Shown here: positions 19,633-28,779 of the stretch, in pieces
Layout of the letters: each line of letters starts with the position of its first letter
Numbering within the stretch: the first letter of the stretch is position 1
DNA from: a virus
Lineage: Duplodnaviria > Caudoviricetes
Virus record (IMG/VR): IMGVR_UViG_2824317532_000001
Coordinates: 40,923-104,922 of that record
Direction: 5' to 3' (one strand)
DNA: 64,000 nt
Program-made: the position numbers and the translations under genes
The notes under the pieces: model-generated
Database searches by the model: none
What the model was told of the DNA's origin: nothing
What the model saw: the letters and a program-made list of their open reading frames with translations, nothing else

Positions 19633-20150
19633 CCGGCGAGGAAACGATCGACGCCCTCGCCCGAACCCTGGACGCCCTCGACGACCATCTGCGGTCGTCG
19701 GATGCGACGGCCCGCCGCTCGGAACGCAACCGGCTGTCGATGCTGCACCTCCACGCGCTGGCCGCCTGCTACATCGGCCCGCTGTTCACCCTGATCGGCG
19801 AGGAAAGCCGCCGCGGCGCCGCATGGGCGGTGATCCGGCTGATCCCGGGCAGCACCACCTCACTGGGTGTGCTCCTCACCGCCGGTGGTGTGGTGCTCGG
19901 CGTGGCCACGTGGCGGCGGGCCCTCGTCTGGGAGATGGCAGGGCTGTGTGTGCTGCTGTCCTGGTATCTGATCGTGGCGGTGTCGTTCGGGCTCGGCGCG
20001 GCGGGCTGGTATCTGCGCTGGGACTGGGTGGACGGGTCCCGGCCTGCACCGTACGCCCACGGCATCTATCTACACCTGTTCACCATCATGATCGTGCATT
20101 TGGGGACGTTAGCGAAGATCCGCCGGGCTCGGCGGAAGGCAGCCCGATGA
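19629..20150 (+). CDS. Membrane protein (lysis cassette)
   Basis: GTGA overlap; about four hydrophobic helices and a basic C-terminus. Confidence 0.6.
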   Translation: MTGEETIDALARTLDALDDHLRSSDATARRSERNRLSMLHLHALAACYIGPLFTLIGEESRRGAAWAVIRLIPGSTTSLGVLLTAGGVVLGVATWRRALVWEMAGLCVLLSWYLIVAVSFGLGAAGWYLRWDWVDGSRPAPYAHGIYLHLFTIMIVHLGTLAKIRRARRKAAR

Positions 20151-20638
20151 GATGGCTGTGGTGGGCCGGCGATGCCCCGGCTACTCCCCCGGCGTGGCAG
20201 ACGTGGGCGCCGGCGTTGATCGGTGTGATTGTGGCGGCCGTGGTGGGTGCTGTGGGCACGATCGTGGTGAAGCGGCTGAACCGGCGTTTGGATGAGGCGA
20301 CGACGGTGAAGACCGAGGCTGAGACCGGGAAGGCGCGCGCGGAGACCGTGTCGATCGAAGTCGCTACCGCCCGTGGGCTGCTCGCCGACGTGAAACAGAT
20401 GATGACCGAGCAGCGGGAAGCCTACGAGCAGCAGATCGCCATGGCGCGCGGCCAGCAGGAGGCACAGATCCAGTCGGTGCGGGTTCAGCATCAGGCGGAT
20501 ATGCGCACCATGGAAGCCCGCCTGTCCGGGGTGGAGAAGGCGTTCCGTCGGCACGCCGAGTGGGACGATCAGGCCACGACCGTTCTGCGGCGGGTGCATC
20601 CGGATTTCCCGGATCCGCCGCCGGTCACGTTCGACTGA
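20147..20638 (+). CDS. Single-TM coiled-coil protein (lysis-associated)
   Basis: ATGA overlap; N-terminal TM, then coiled coil, Pro-rich end. Confidence 0.6.
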   Translation: MRWLWWAGDAPATPPAWQTWAPALIGVIVAAVVGAVGTIVVKRLNRRLDEATTVKTEAETGKARAETVSIEVATARGLLADVKQMMTEQREAYEQQIAMARGQQEAQIQSVRVQHQADMRTMEARLSGVEKAFRRHAEWDDQATTVLRRVHPDFPDPPPVTFD

Positions 20639-20679
20639 ACATCCTTCACGCCTAGTCGTCGCGCAGCTAGAGTGTGCGC

Positions 20680-20883
20680 ATGACATCTAGCGTCAAGCTA
20701 ATGGGTGCGCACGAAATCCGGGTCCGGCTCGGCGGCGTTTCCCGCCAGCGCGCCTACCAGATCACCCAACGCGCAGACTTCCCCAAACCGGTCGCAGACC
20801 TGGAGCAGGGCAAAGTCTGGCTGGCCTCGGATGTCGAAGCCTGGGTGAAGGTCAAGCGCCCGCACCAGGACGACGAAGACTAA
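20680..20883 (+). CDS. AlpA/excisionase-like HTH DNA-binding protein
   Basis: LMGAHEI..RLGGVSRQRAYQI...DFPKPVA.L..GKVW motif; TAGAGT -10 just upstream. Confidence 0.7.
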   Translation: MTSSVKLMGAHEIRVRLGGVSRQRAYQITQRADFPKPVADLEQGKVWLASDVEAWVKVKRPHQDDED

Positions 20884-21065
20884 GCCGCTTCGACCAGCGT
20901 CTCGAACGCCGGTCCAAGGATTCGTTCCACCGTCGCGATCGCCGCTTTCTCGGCCACGACGGTGTTGGCATGCGACACCCGATACCAGCGTTCCCGCCCG
21001 GACCTGACGACCTCTACCCGCCAGTAGCCGTCGGGTGTCTGCATCGCCGCCTCGACCCGCTTCAT
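20880..21065 (-). CDS. Small hypothetical protein
   Basis: Convergent with the HTH gene; GC3-rich. Confidence 0.5.
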   Translation of the reverse strand: MKRVEAAMQTPDGYWRVEVVRSGRERWYRVSHANTVVAEKAAIATVERILGPAFETLVEAA

Positions 21066-21489
21066 GCCGCGAAGCTACCCGCCCTGATCGCTCAAATCAC
21101 GGGGCTGGCCTGGAATTACGCGGCTGTAGTTTCCTGCGCCGGCTCGACCGCTGACCACAGGCCACGACTCAGCATTCGCTCCGCCCGGTCACACGCGCCC
21201 CGCTCGGTCCAGTACGCGTAGCCGCCGCGCCGGGAATGCCAGGCCACCCACCGGCCGTCGCCGGTCTCCCCCAGCCGCACCGTGACCGGGCCCTGCCGCC
21301 ACGCCCGGGTCCAGGTCACCGCCGCGAGCTCGTCTGCCGTCATGCGTTCCGCCCCCATGTGCGCACCGTAACGGCGTCCGCGCATCTGGCGCACCAGCCA
21401 CGCCCTGTGGAGCACAGCCGCACCCCACATATGCACCACAGATCACTACACCGCCCCGCAGATTCCTACACAGCCCGGGAGGGCCCGTC

Positions 21490-21834
21490 ATGAAGATCAG
21501 CCGCGAGCCCGCGCTGTACCTGACCCTGTTCGCGACGCTGGTACGGCTGCTCGCCGCGTTCTGGCTCGACCTGTCCGACGGCCAACAGGCCGTTCTCAAC
21601 GCGACCGCCACCGCGGTCGCGGGTCTCATCGTCGCCGTCTGGGTTCGCCGCGACGGGCAGGTCGCCGCCCTGCTCGGTGTCGTCCAAGCCGTGCTTGCCC
21701 TGGCGGTCGGGTTCGGCGCGGACCTGTCCGCGGAGTCGCAGGCGGTCATCATGTCGTTCGTCGGCACCGCCGCCGCAATGTTCGTCCGCACGCAGGTCGA
21801 CGCGAAAACGCCAGCCGTCGTACACGCCGACTAG
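21490..21834 (+). CDS. Holin
   Basis: SREPAL N-terminus, four TM segments, FVRTQV C-terminus typical of actinophage holins; GGAGG RBS. Confidence 0.8.
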   Translation: MKISREPALYLTLFATLVRLLAAFWLDLSDGQQAVLNATATAVAGLIVAVWVRRDGQVAALLGVVQAVLALAVGFGADLSAESQAVIMSFVGTAAAMFVRTQVDAKTPAVVHAD

Positions 21835-21943
21835 CCCCGTTCTCCAACGTTGCTCCAAGGTTCTCCAAGAACTTGGAGCTGCCACTGATCGGCGTCGGCC
21901 GGTCTCGCGCCCCCGCGAAGTCACACCCGGCCGAACGCCATTG

Positions 21944-21994
21944 CGCCCCATCCCGTGAGCTGCCCGCCAGCAGCCACGGGATGGGGCGTTTCTC
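21944..21994 (+). terminator. Intrinsic terminator ending the late operon
   Basis: cgccccatcccgtg...cacgggatggggcg stem followed by tttctc, between convergent genes. Confidence 0.7.
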
Positions 21995-22005
21995 TCGTAC
22001 CCGAG

Positions 22006-22893
22006 CTAACGCCGCCAGACGTTGACCGTCGCCGTCTCCAGCGAATCAGCACCCTCCGGCCCCTTGACGTGACTAGCAATCCACGTCGGGCGACGCAACG
22101 ACCGCTGCGGGCCGTACGCCTGATCCCGCCAGTGCCCGCGGACGATCCACCGGTGCTTGTAGTGTCGGCCGGGCTGGTCGGGGTCGAGTGGAGGTTGCCC
22201 GGAGAGTCGGTACTGTCGGCGCAACTCCACGAGGGTCACCTCGGGATCACCGCGGCCAGCTCGGCCGTAAGCAGCCCGGATCTTGCGTTCGACCTCGACG
22301 GGAACCCGGTCGATGACCGTAGGCTGTTGCATGAGTGCCCACGCCGCAGCCAGGGTGGTCAGCACGGTCCTGTCCCGGTCCGGCAGCTCGCCCGGGTCCT
22401 GCCAATTGTCGTCAACGGCCAAACTCTGCCCGGCAATTGGTACCAGCGGCGGCACCGCAGTGGTGTCGATCCGGGCACCGCGCTCGGCAAGCTGGTCTTC
22501 GAGCCGGCCGCGGGCCACATAGTAGGAGACCAGCAGCCCTTGCGGGTGCGGACCCCACGACACGGCATCCACGGGGATCGGCACGTTCTCGTAGTCGAGG
22601 GTGCCAATGCCGCCGTCGAAGACCAGCAAACCATGAGTCGAGGGCCGATCTGCATCCGTCCACCGCACCTGCGGGATCGTTTCAGCGGCGCCGACGGACA
22701 ACGCGGCCATCTCCGGCGCCACCCAATACAGATCGGCAACGCCGAGGCTGCGGGCAACGTGGTCGAGTTGGGCAGCCGTGTCGTCGCGCCCGGATCGGGC
22801 CAGACTCGCACGCAGCGCGCTGCCTGGGTCGGCAAGCAGGCGTTGCAGCCCGTCACGGACCTTTGGGAGGCGGGAGGCTGTCCAGTTACTCAC
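22006..22893 (-). CDS. Conserved phage hypothetical protein (C-terminal VRGHWR..YGP...WI..H.KGP motif)
   Basis: GTGA-coupled to the Aca2-like gene; recognisable basic C-terminal motif. Confidence 0.65.
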   Translation of the reverse strand: MSNWTASRLPKVRDGLQRLLADPGSALRASLARSGRDDTAAQLDHVARSLGVADLYWVAPEMAALSVGAAETIPQVRWTDADRPSTHGLLVFDGGIGTLDYENVPIPVDAVSWGPHPQGLLVSYYVARGRLEDQLAERGARIDTTAVPPLVPIAGQSLAVDDNWQDPGELPDRDRTVLTTLAAAWALMQQPTVIDRVPVEVERKIRAAYGRAGRGDPEVTLVELRRQYRLSGQPPLDPDQPGRHYKHRWIVRGHWRDQAYGPQRSLRRPTWIASHVKGPEGADSLETATVNVWRR

Positions 22894-23303
22894 GGCTGGC
22901 CGTCCGGGGCAGGGTACGCAATGCGCAGGCCTGGCACTTCAAGGGCGATCCGGGCGACGACTGCCCGGTGCCACGAGGCCGGGAACTCGACCTCAGGGTG
23001 GGCTGCGTGGTACTCGTGGTCGTTGCGGTACACCAGCACGCCCGGGTCGGGAATGCCGACGAGTTTCTCGACACATCCGCCGATGAACTCGCCGGTACGC
23101 CGCTCTATATCCTCCATGGCCAGTCGCACCCCGTCGGGGATCGGGTATTTTCCCTGCTCCCAGTGGCGCACGGTGCGGGCCGAGACTCCGAGGTGGCCGG
23201 CGAGCCAGTCGCCGGTGAGGCCGAGGTGTTCGCGGACGACCCGGAACTCCGCATCGGTCATGCGCTCGTCTTCCGGCATGCCGGGCGGGTCGGTGTACTC
23301 CAC
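22890..23303 (-). CDS. HTH + DUF1870-like regulator (Aca2/YdiL-like)
   Basis: MTDAEFRVVREHLGLT..WLA..LGVSARTVRHWEQGKYPIPDGV; YRND.EY...PASWHRAVVAR. Confidence 0.7.
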   Translation of the reverse strand: MEYTDPPGMPEDERMTDAEFRVVREHLGLTGDWLAGHLGVSARTVRHWEQGKYPIPDGVRLAMEDIERRTGEFIGGCVEKLVGIPDPGVLVYRNDHEYHAAHPEVEFPASWHRAVVARIALEVPGLRIAYPAPDGQP

Positions 23304-23322
23304 GGTGTCTCCCTTTGGGTAA

Positions 23323-23358
23323 ACAGTGACCCCGGCCGAGACGGTCCGGGGTCACTGT
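23323..23358 (-). terminator. Stem-loop between the candidate acr and aca genes
   Basis: acagtgaccccgg-N10-ccggggtcactgt, 13-bp perfect stem. Confidence 0.6.
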
Positions 23359-23371
23359 CGGATGGTTCTGG

Positions 23372-23680
23372 TCAGGCAGGCTCGACTTCGGCGTACATGG
23401 CGTTGTCGACGATGTCCCAGGCGGCGGTGCGGGTCCAGGCGTTCTTGGTGAGCATCTCGTCGGCCTCGTTGGCTGCCTTGGCGAGCTTGTCCTCGTCGTT
23501 CACCAGCACGGTCAGGTCGGCGGTGAAGATGATGTTGTCGCTCATCGCGTACTCGGCGGTTTCGTTGCCGGCGTCGTCGAGTCGGTAGCCGGTGATGGTG
23601 GCGGTGCCGATGCTGAGGTCGCAGACGTTATCCGCGACTACATCGGGGGCGGTGGCGATGCAGGCGAAGTGAGTGGTCAT
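23372..23680 (-). CDS. Small acidic protein, candidate anti-defence (Acr-like)
   Basis: 102 aa, about 19 D/E versus 5 K/R; GAAGGA RBS; first gene of the operon upstream of the Aca2-like gene. Confidence 0.6.
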   Translation of the reverse strand: MTTHFACIATAPDVVADNVCDLSIGTATITGYRLDDAGNETAEYAMSDNIIFTADLTVLVNDEDKLAKAANEADEMLTKNAWTRTAAWDIVDNAMYAEVEPA

Positions 23681-23732
23681 GGCCGGTTCCTTCCGGTGGG
23701 GTCTGGGGCTGTTTCCCCTGACCGCTGACACC

Positions 23733-23757
23733 ACAGTAGCTTCCTAAAATAGGAAGC
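23733..23757 (-). promoter_or_regulatory. Promoter -10 (TACTGT) with adjacent palindromic operator GCTTCCTA-AAA-TAGGAAGC
   Basis: Perfect 8-bp inverted repeat 23739-23757 abutting the -10 at 23733-23738. Confidence 0.65.
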
Positions 23758-24098
23758 GATAGGGGTTGTATCGAACGAAGGACCCCGCAGCCTCTCTCTG
23801 GTTTCGGAGCACTACTCGTAGCCGGCCGCCAGCAACAGCCCGGTCAGCGCGTCTCGCAGCTCGGCGGTGTCGAGCAGCGCGATGTCTACGGAAACGCCGA
23901 CCATGTGGGCGGCGTTGATGGTCAGCCACGTCGGCCCGTCACCGGTCTGGGTGAGACAGGCGGTGACTTCACCGCGGTCACCGATCCGGCGCCGGGCGCC
24001 CACCCGAAACCGCCGGGATCGGTGCCGCACCAGACGGCCAGCACCTTCGTCGTGTTCGCACCACGGCGGGTGCCCGGCACGCTCGTTGCGGGGCCGGG

Positions 24099-24821
24099 TC
24101 ACCGTGACCGCCTCCACTGGAGACGCTTGCGGACCCGGGCTGCGGCTTTCCGGCGCCCGCGTCTGCGGATGGGGCAGCCCGCCCACACCCATACCGGCAG
24201 CACCAGGGACGCCACCACCACGGCGAGGGCCGTCTCCTGACGCCACTGCCCGTACACCAGCAGCGCGAGCCAGCCAGCCAGCAGCAACACCGCCTGTGCG
24301 ACGCCGAGGCCGGTCAGATGCCGCCGCCGCGAACTCCATGGGCGCCGGACCTTCGGCTGACGCGTTGGCTGTACGGGTGCGGACTCCCACTCGAGCAGGC
24401 CCTCTCGCCGCCGCTCGTCAACGGGCACCCACCGCGGCCGACCCTCCCGGTCGTCGCGTTCATGGCGCTGGTCGACCAGCACCCACTTCGGCACGTGGCG
24501 GGGGTTGTCCTCGTTCAACAGCCAGTTCAGGCGAGGCCGCTCACCAGTCGGTGGCTCTTGAATGAACAGGCGTTCCATCTCGTCGAGTTCGACGTCGGTA
24601 CACAGGCCTTCCCACAGCACTCGCGGTGATCCGACGATCAGGTCGGCCCACGGCTGCGAGTCGCGGTGCTGGTTCTCCCGGCCCCGGCCACGTTGCCGAG
24701 TTTGGCCGACGTAGTCGTTGCGGACGATCTGCCCCGTGTCGTGGTCGATGACGTCGAGGCCGTAGACGACACCCCGGTAGCGGGCATCGGCGCGGCGTCG
24801 GGACGAGTAGGTCGCGGTCAT
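24099..24821 (-). CDS. GIY-YIG-like domain protein with two C-terminal TM helices
   Basis: GVVYG...DYVGQTRQ...R..QH...E..FI...PRLN; hydrophobic C-terminal helices and basic tail. Confidence 0.6.
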   Translation of the reverse strand: MTATYSSRRRADARYRGVVYGLDVIDHDTGQIVRNDYVGQTRQRGRGRENQHRDSQPWADLIVGSPRVLWEGLCTDVELDEMERLFIQEPPTGERPRLNWLLNEDNPRHVPKWVLVDQRHERDDREGRPRWVPVDERRREGLLEWESAPVQPTRQPKVRRPWSSRRRHLTGLGVAQAVLLLAGWLALLVYGQWRQETALAVVVASLVLPVWVWAGCPIRRRGRRKAAARVRKRLQWRRSR

Positions 24822-24880
24822 TGAGGCACTTCCCCACCGGGCAGATCGCCGTACAGCGATCCGGCCGCTACCCTCGGCTC

Positions 24881-25075
24881 ATGTCCGATGCTGAGATCGC
24901 CCGGCAACTCCAGCGGCTCGTCGATGACGCCGAGAAACGAGACCGGGTCGCCGCCGAACGCCATGCTGCCCTCATCAAAGCCGTCACAGTCGGGTTCGCC
25001 GTGGTAGCCAAAGAGATCCGCGATGGGTTCACCCTGATGCAGCACACCATCATCGACGAGTTCCGGCAGCGCTGA
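24881..25075 (+). CDS. Small coiled-coil protein antisense within the tra operon
   Basis: Strong GC3 bias on +; TACCCT -10-like box shortly before ATG. Confidence 0.45.
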   Translation: MSDAEIARQLQRLVDDAEKRDRVAAERHAALIKAVTVGFAVVAKEIRDGFTLMQHTIIDEFRQR

Positions 25076-25077
25076 CG

Positions 25078-27510
25078 TCACGCCATCACCTCGTCCAGCA
25101 CACCGATCTGCTCGGCCCCGGACTCGGTCAGCCAATAGCCGCCACGGCCATCGGTGTCGAGGATCTGCTCCCCCGCCAGCTTGTTGACCGCGTTGGTGCA
25201 GGCCCGAGTCTTGATGACGGATCGGACAGCGGCAGCCAGGTCGCCGAACTGGACCGGGTCGCGGTCGCCGTCGAGCCACCGGTCGGCGAAGAACCGGAGT
25301 ACCGCCTCCCGGCCGCCCGCGGGCGGGGTGGTGTCGCCGGGTGCGGAGTCCAGCAGGTTCGACGGGATTCCCGCACCGAGGATCTCGGCCGGGTCCATGT
25401 TGTCGAACGCTTCGAGCCGCTTCCACCGGTCCGCGTATAGCGGGCCTGCCGCTCCGAGCACGGCCGTTTCCAGGCTGACGGTGTCACCCCTGGTCATGAC
25501 GTCCCACAGGTCGCCGGCGTAATCCGATCGCATCCGCATGCGGGCGGTCGCCGAGTTGTAGCCGACCCCTGCAGCGGTGGTGCCGTCCTCCCATTCGGCC
25601 GGCAGGGCGGACGGGTCGCCGGGCATCTTCCCGCCGGGCCAGGCGGCGGGGCCGGTGAGCCGGTCGGCGGTGCGGAACACGGTGACGACGCCGGAGGCGA
25701 GCTGGGCGCGCAGCACACTGTCTTTGAGTTCGGACAGCAGCGGTGACTGCACCAACAGCCGCACCTTCACGTTGGCCTTACGCCCGGACTTGGCGAGCAG
25801 CGCCAACAGTTTGACGATCTCCTTGCCGACGTCGGGGTCGTTCATCGGCAGGTGCGCCTCGTCGATGGTGATCGACAGCAGGGGGAAGTCCGGGGAGACC
25901 TCCACGTATTTGACGCGCCGCTGCACCACTGTCCCGTCGGGCCGGGTCTCGGTGACCCGCATCCGTGTGATCAGCAGGTTGCGGGCGAGCATCACCGTCA
26001 CGGCGGTGCGCAGCATGACGAGGATTTCCTCGTTCGTCGGCGCGAACCAGTCGACACCGTCGCGCACGTCACCGAGAGACTGGCCCATCTGCGGGTCGCC
26101 GACCCACGACACCACCCGCCCGGACTTGCGTTCCAGGGCGAGGAGCAGGTTGACGTATTCGCTCTTGCCGGATCCGGTGCAGCCGGCGATGAGTTCCATG
26201 AGGGCGCCCCAGCCGGGCCGCCAGAACGGGTGCCGTCCGCGGTTGCCGTCTTCGAGGGTCATGGTTTCGGCGGTGCCAGTGGTGAGGTCGATGCCGTCGC
26301 CGTTCCAGCGGCTGCCGGTCGAGAGTGGGCTGGTCCGCTGGACGAGGATCATGGCCCGGTTCGCGTCGAGGGGATCCGCGATGATCGACACCATGGAGGT
26401 GCCGACCGAGTAGGCGCGGGCGATCTTCCGGACCGGTTCGGGCATGTCGAACTTCTCGGGATCCAGGTCCGAGTCGTCGTGCGCCACGATGATCGCCGAC
26501 CAGCCACCGACCGACGCCTGAATGTTCTCGAGGCTGGTGCCGTGCAGCACCCGACCCTTCGCGGACACCTTCTCCCAGCGGGCGAGCACGTACTCGCGCA
26601 GCAGGTCTTCCTCGCTGGGCTGCGGCGTGTCGTCGTACAGGTCGTCCTCGTCGTCGAGCGGCACAGGCGGGCGGAGTGCCTGGGCGCGCCGGTCAGCCAG
26701 CCACCGCCGGTACGGGCGGGAGCCGACCACCCCGAGCCCGAACAACGCGGTGAGCGCGACTGCCGCATGGTCAGCGAAGCCGATCACGTCGGTTAGTTCG
26801 ATCCACAGTCCGGCCGCTGCCGCCAGGTAGCCGGCGCCGCGCGCGCGGCGGGCAATGGTGTCACGGGTGAGTTCCTCGTCCGTCTCGGCCTGCCGGCGTA
26901 GCCAGGCACGGGTCATCCACCAGGACCCGGCCACGATGGCGGGGATCGCCGCGAACTGAGCGACCTCTCCCGCCAGTGACAGGTCAGCGACGTCCGCCGC
27001 CACACCCGCCATCCCCACAAGGCTGGTAGCGGCGGCACTGTTCACAGACCCCGTGTGATCCCGGTACAGGCGCCCCCACGGAATGGAGATGCGCCGGTCG
27101 CTGGTCTTGTGAAGGCGTACCCCGCAGATACCGCACAGCGGGCGTTCGATCTTCGACTTGGCGGAGAACCACTGCCCGCTGTCCGGGCACTCGGGGCACT
27201 CCCATTCCACGTGGGTGACCTCGCCGCTGTCGTTGACCGGCACCGGCTGCCGCCGTGCTTTCACGGTCTGCCCGTTCGGGCCGGCGTGGTGCCAGGAGAA
27301 CGACACAGCGCCGGACGGCAGCAGCAGCTTGCCGTCCAGGTCACGCGACGCCTGACGGGCACGGCCCTGCTGCGGTGCGCCCGGAGGTCCGCCGTTCGGT
27401 AGCGGCACGGGCCGGTTCTCGGTCTTCACGGAAAAACTCCAGGTGTGGTCGGGGTGGTGGTGCCGGGCTGGTGCCGCAACCGCCAAACCAACAGAGGGTT
27501 CGGCGATCAC
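25078..27510 (-). CDS. TraB/FtsK-SpoIIIE-family DNA translocase
   Basis: Walker A IAGCTGSGKS, Walker B ITIDEAH, SGRKANV arginine region, N-terminal CxxC..CxxC plus TM helices, C-terminal winged-helix-like domain. Confidence 0.85.
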   Translation of the reverse strand: MIAEPSVGLAVAAPARHHHPDHTWSFSVKTENRPVPLPNGGPPGAPQQGRARQASRDLDGKLLLPSGAVSFSWHHAGPNGQTVKARRQPVPVNDSGEVTHVEWECPECPDSGQWFSAKSKIERPLCGICGVRLHKTSDRRISIPWGRLYRDHTGSVNSAAATSLVGMAGVAADVADLSLAGEVAQFAAIPAIVAGSWWMTRAWLRRQAETDEELTRDTIARRARGAGYLAAAAGLWIELTDVIGFADHAAVALTALFGLGVVGSRPYRRWLADRRAQALRPPVPLDDEDDLYDDTPQPSEEDLLREYVLARWEKVSAKGRVLHGTSLENIQASVGGWSAIIVAHDDSDLDPEKFDMPEPVRKIARAYSVGTSMVSIIADPLDANRAMILVQRTSPLSTGSRWNGDGIDLTTGTAETMTLEDGNRGRHPFWRPGWGALMELIAGCTGSGKSEYVNLLLALERKSGRVVSWVGDPQMGQSLGDVRDGVDWFAPTNEEILVMLRTAVTVMLARNLLITRMRVTETRPDGTVVQRRVKYVEVSPDFPLLSITIDEAHLPMNDPDVGKEIVKLLALLAKSGRKANVKVRLLVQSPLLSELKDSVLRAQLASGVVTVFRTADRLTGPAAWPGGKMPGDPSALPAEWEDGTTAAGVGYNSATARMRMRSDYAGDLWDVMTRGDTVSLETAVLGAAGPLYADRWKRLEAFDNMDPAEILGAGIPSNLLDSAPGDTTPPAGGREAVLRFFADRWLDGDRDPVQFGDLAAAVRSVIKTRACTNAVNKLAGEQILDTDGRGGYWLTESGAEQIGVLDEVMA

Positions 27511-27528
27511 GGGTGGAGTCCGGCAGGG

Positions 27529-28776
27529 TCAGCGGCCGTTCAGCACGGACCCGTCGGCGCCATTGAGCTGCGACTCCAGCTCCTGCAGCCGCCGCAGCTC
27601 CTCCTCGGCGGCCTGCACACCCTGCTTGGCGGCGCTGATCGCGTCGATCAGCGCCTTGATGTGGGTGGGCGACAGCATGTCGCGGGCCACGGACATGCCG
27701 CCGACCGCGCAGTCGTCGACTCTCTTCGACATCAGGAACGCCTCGATTCGCTCCGCGGCGGCGCCGGCGGAGGTGATGGCCTCGTCGATGACGTCGAGGG
27801 AGGTGTCGATGCGGGTCAGGTCGTCGCCGAGCAGGCTGCACTCGTTGAGGGCGGATTCGACGTCGTGGGCGTCGCCGGTCGCGGCGGGCATGGTGTCGGT
27901 CATGGGGTTCTCCTCTTCGTCACGTGTCGTGCTGTGGTTGTCGACGGGCGGAGTGTGGCTGTGGGGGGCGGTGCAGGTAGGGCAGCCGGGCCGGCGGCAG
28001 TTCCGCCCGTGCCTGTGGTCTGCGGCGATCCGTTTCGTCACGCACCGGCTGCACAGGGCGGCGTCCGGGTCCGGGGTTGGCCCGCAGCCGGGGCAGTCGG
28101 CCGCGACGCGGTCGGGGATCGGCGTGGGCCGCCACATCGGACGCCCGCGGCCGCCGTGCACGGTGTCGATGTGCTGCTGGCCGGCGGCTGCTGCCGCGTC
28201 GTCGTCGGGGTAGCCGTCGCAGCCGATACCGCAGTCGTCGCAGTCCCAGCGGTGCAGCAGTTTCGTTGCCGATGGTTTGGGGGTGCCGGCCGGGTCGGTG
28301 AACTTCGGTTCGGTTGAGGCGTCACCTGCCGGTGCCGGTGTGGTTTCGGTGTCGCCGGGGTGTCGGGCGTCGCCGACCGGGCGGACCAGCATTTGAGCGA
28401 GCCGGGCGAGGCGTTCTTTCCACAGCGGTCGCACGCGGCGGGCCGGGCGCTGTTCCTCGGCGGCTGCCCGGTCCTCGTCGCGCTGGGCGTGCTTCTCGGT
28501 GCGCCGCCGGTCGTGGGCGGCGATCACGTCGGCGAGGGCGTCGCCCCAATAGACGCGGGCCACGTCGCCGATGGTCGGCTTGTCCTCACCGGGCCGGGGC
28601 CGCCGGTTCTCGGTCTTGGCCTGTTTCGCGGCGAGCCGCAGCTTCTCGGTTTCGGCACGTAGCCTGGCCTTGGTGAGGTGGGGCGGTTCCTGGCCTCTCA
28701 TGAGGTGCACCAGGTCGCTGACCGGCCGGAAACCGGTGATCAGCGATGCCAGGAGCATGCAGACGATGAACTCCAC
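27529..28776 (-). CDS. Tra-associated protein (N-terminal hydrophobic, Cys-rich middle, C-terminal helical bundle)
   Basis: Directly upstream of traB; internal RBS+ATG at 27903. Confidence 0.6.
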   Translation of the reverse strand: MEFIVCMLLASLITGFRPVSDLVHLMRGQEPPHLTKARLRAETEKLRLAAKQAKTENRRPRPGEDKPTIGDVARVYWGDALADVIAAHDRRRTEKHAQRDEDRAAAEEQRPARRVRPLWKERLARLAQMLVRPVGDARHPGDTETTPAPAGDASTEPKFTDPAGTPKPSATKLLHRWDCDDCGIGCDGYPDDDAAAAAGQQHIDTVHGGRGRPMWRPTPIPDRVAADCPGCGPTPDPDAALCSRCVTKRIAADHRHGRNCRRPGCPTCTAPHSHTPPVDNHSTTRDEEENPMTDTMPAATGDAHDVESALNECSLLGDDLTRIDTSLDVIDEAITSAGAAAERIEAFLMSKRVDDCAVGGMSVARDMLSPTHIKALIDAISAAKQGVQAAEEELRRLQELESQLNGADGSVLNGR

Positions 28777-28779
28777 GGG

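Noticed and set aside
25078-27510. Type VII secretion EccC or genome-packaging ATPase
   Set aside because: Single ATPase domain with C-terminal wHTH and Spd-like neighbours fits TraB better; not excluded without phylogeny
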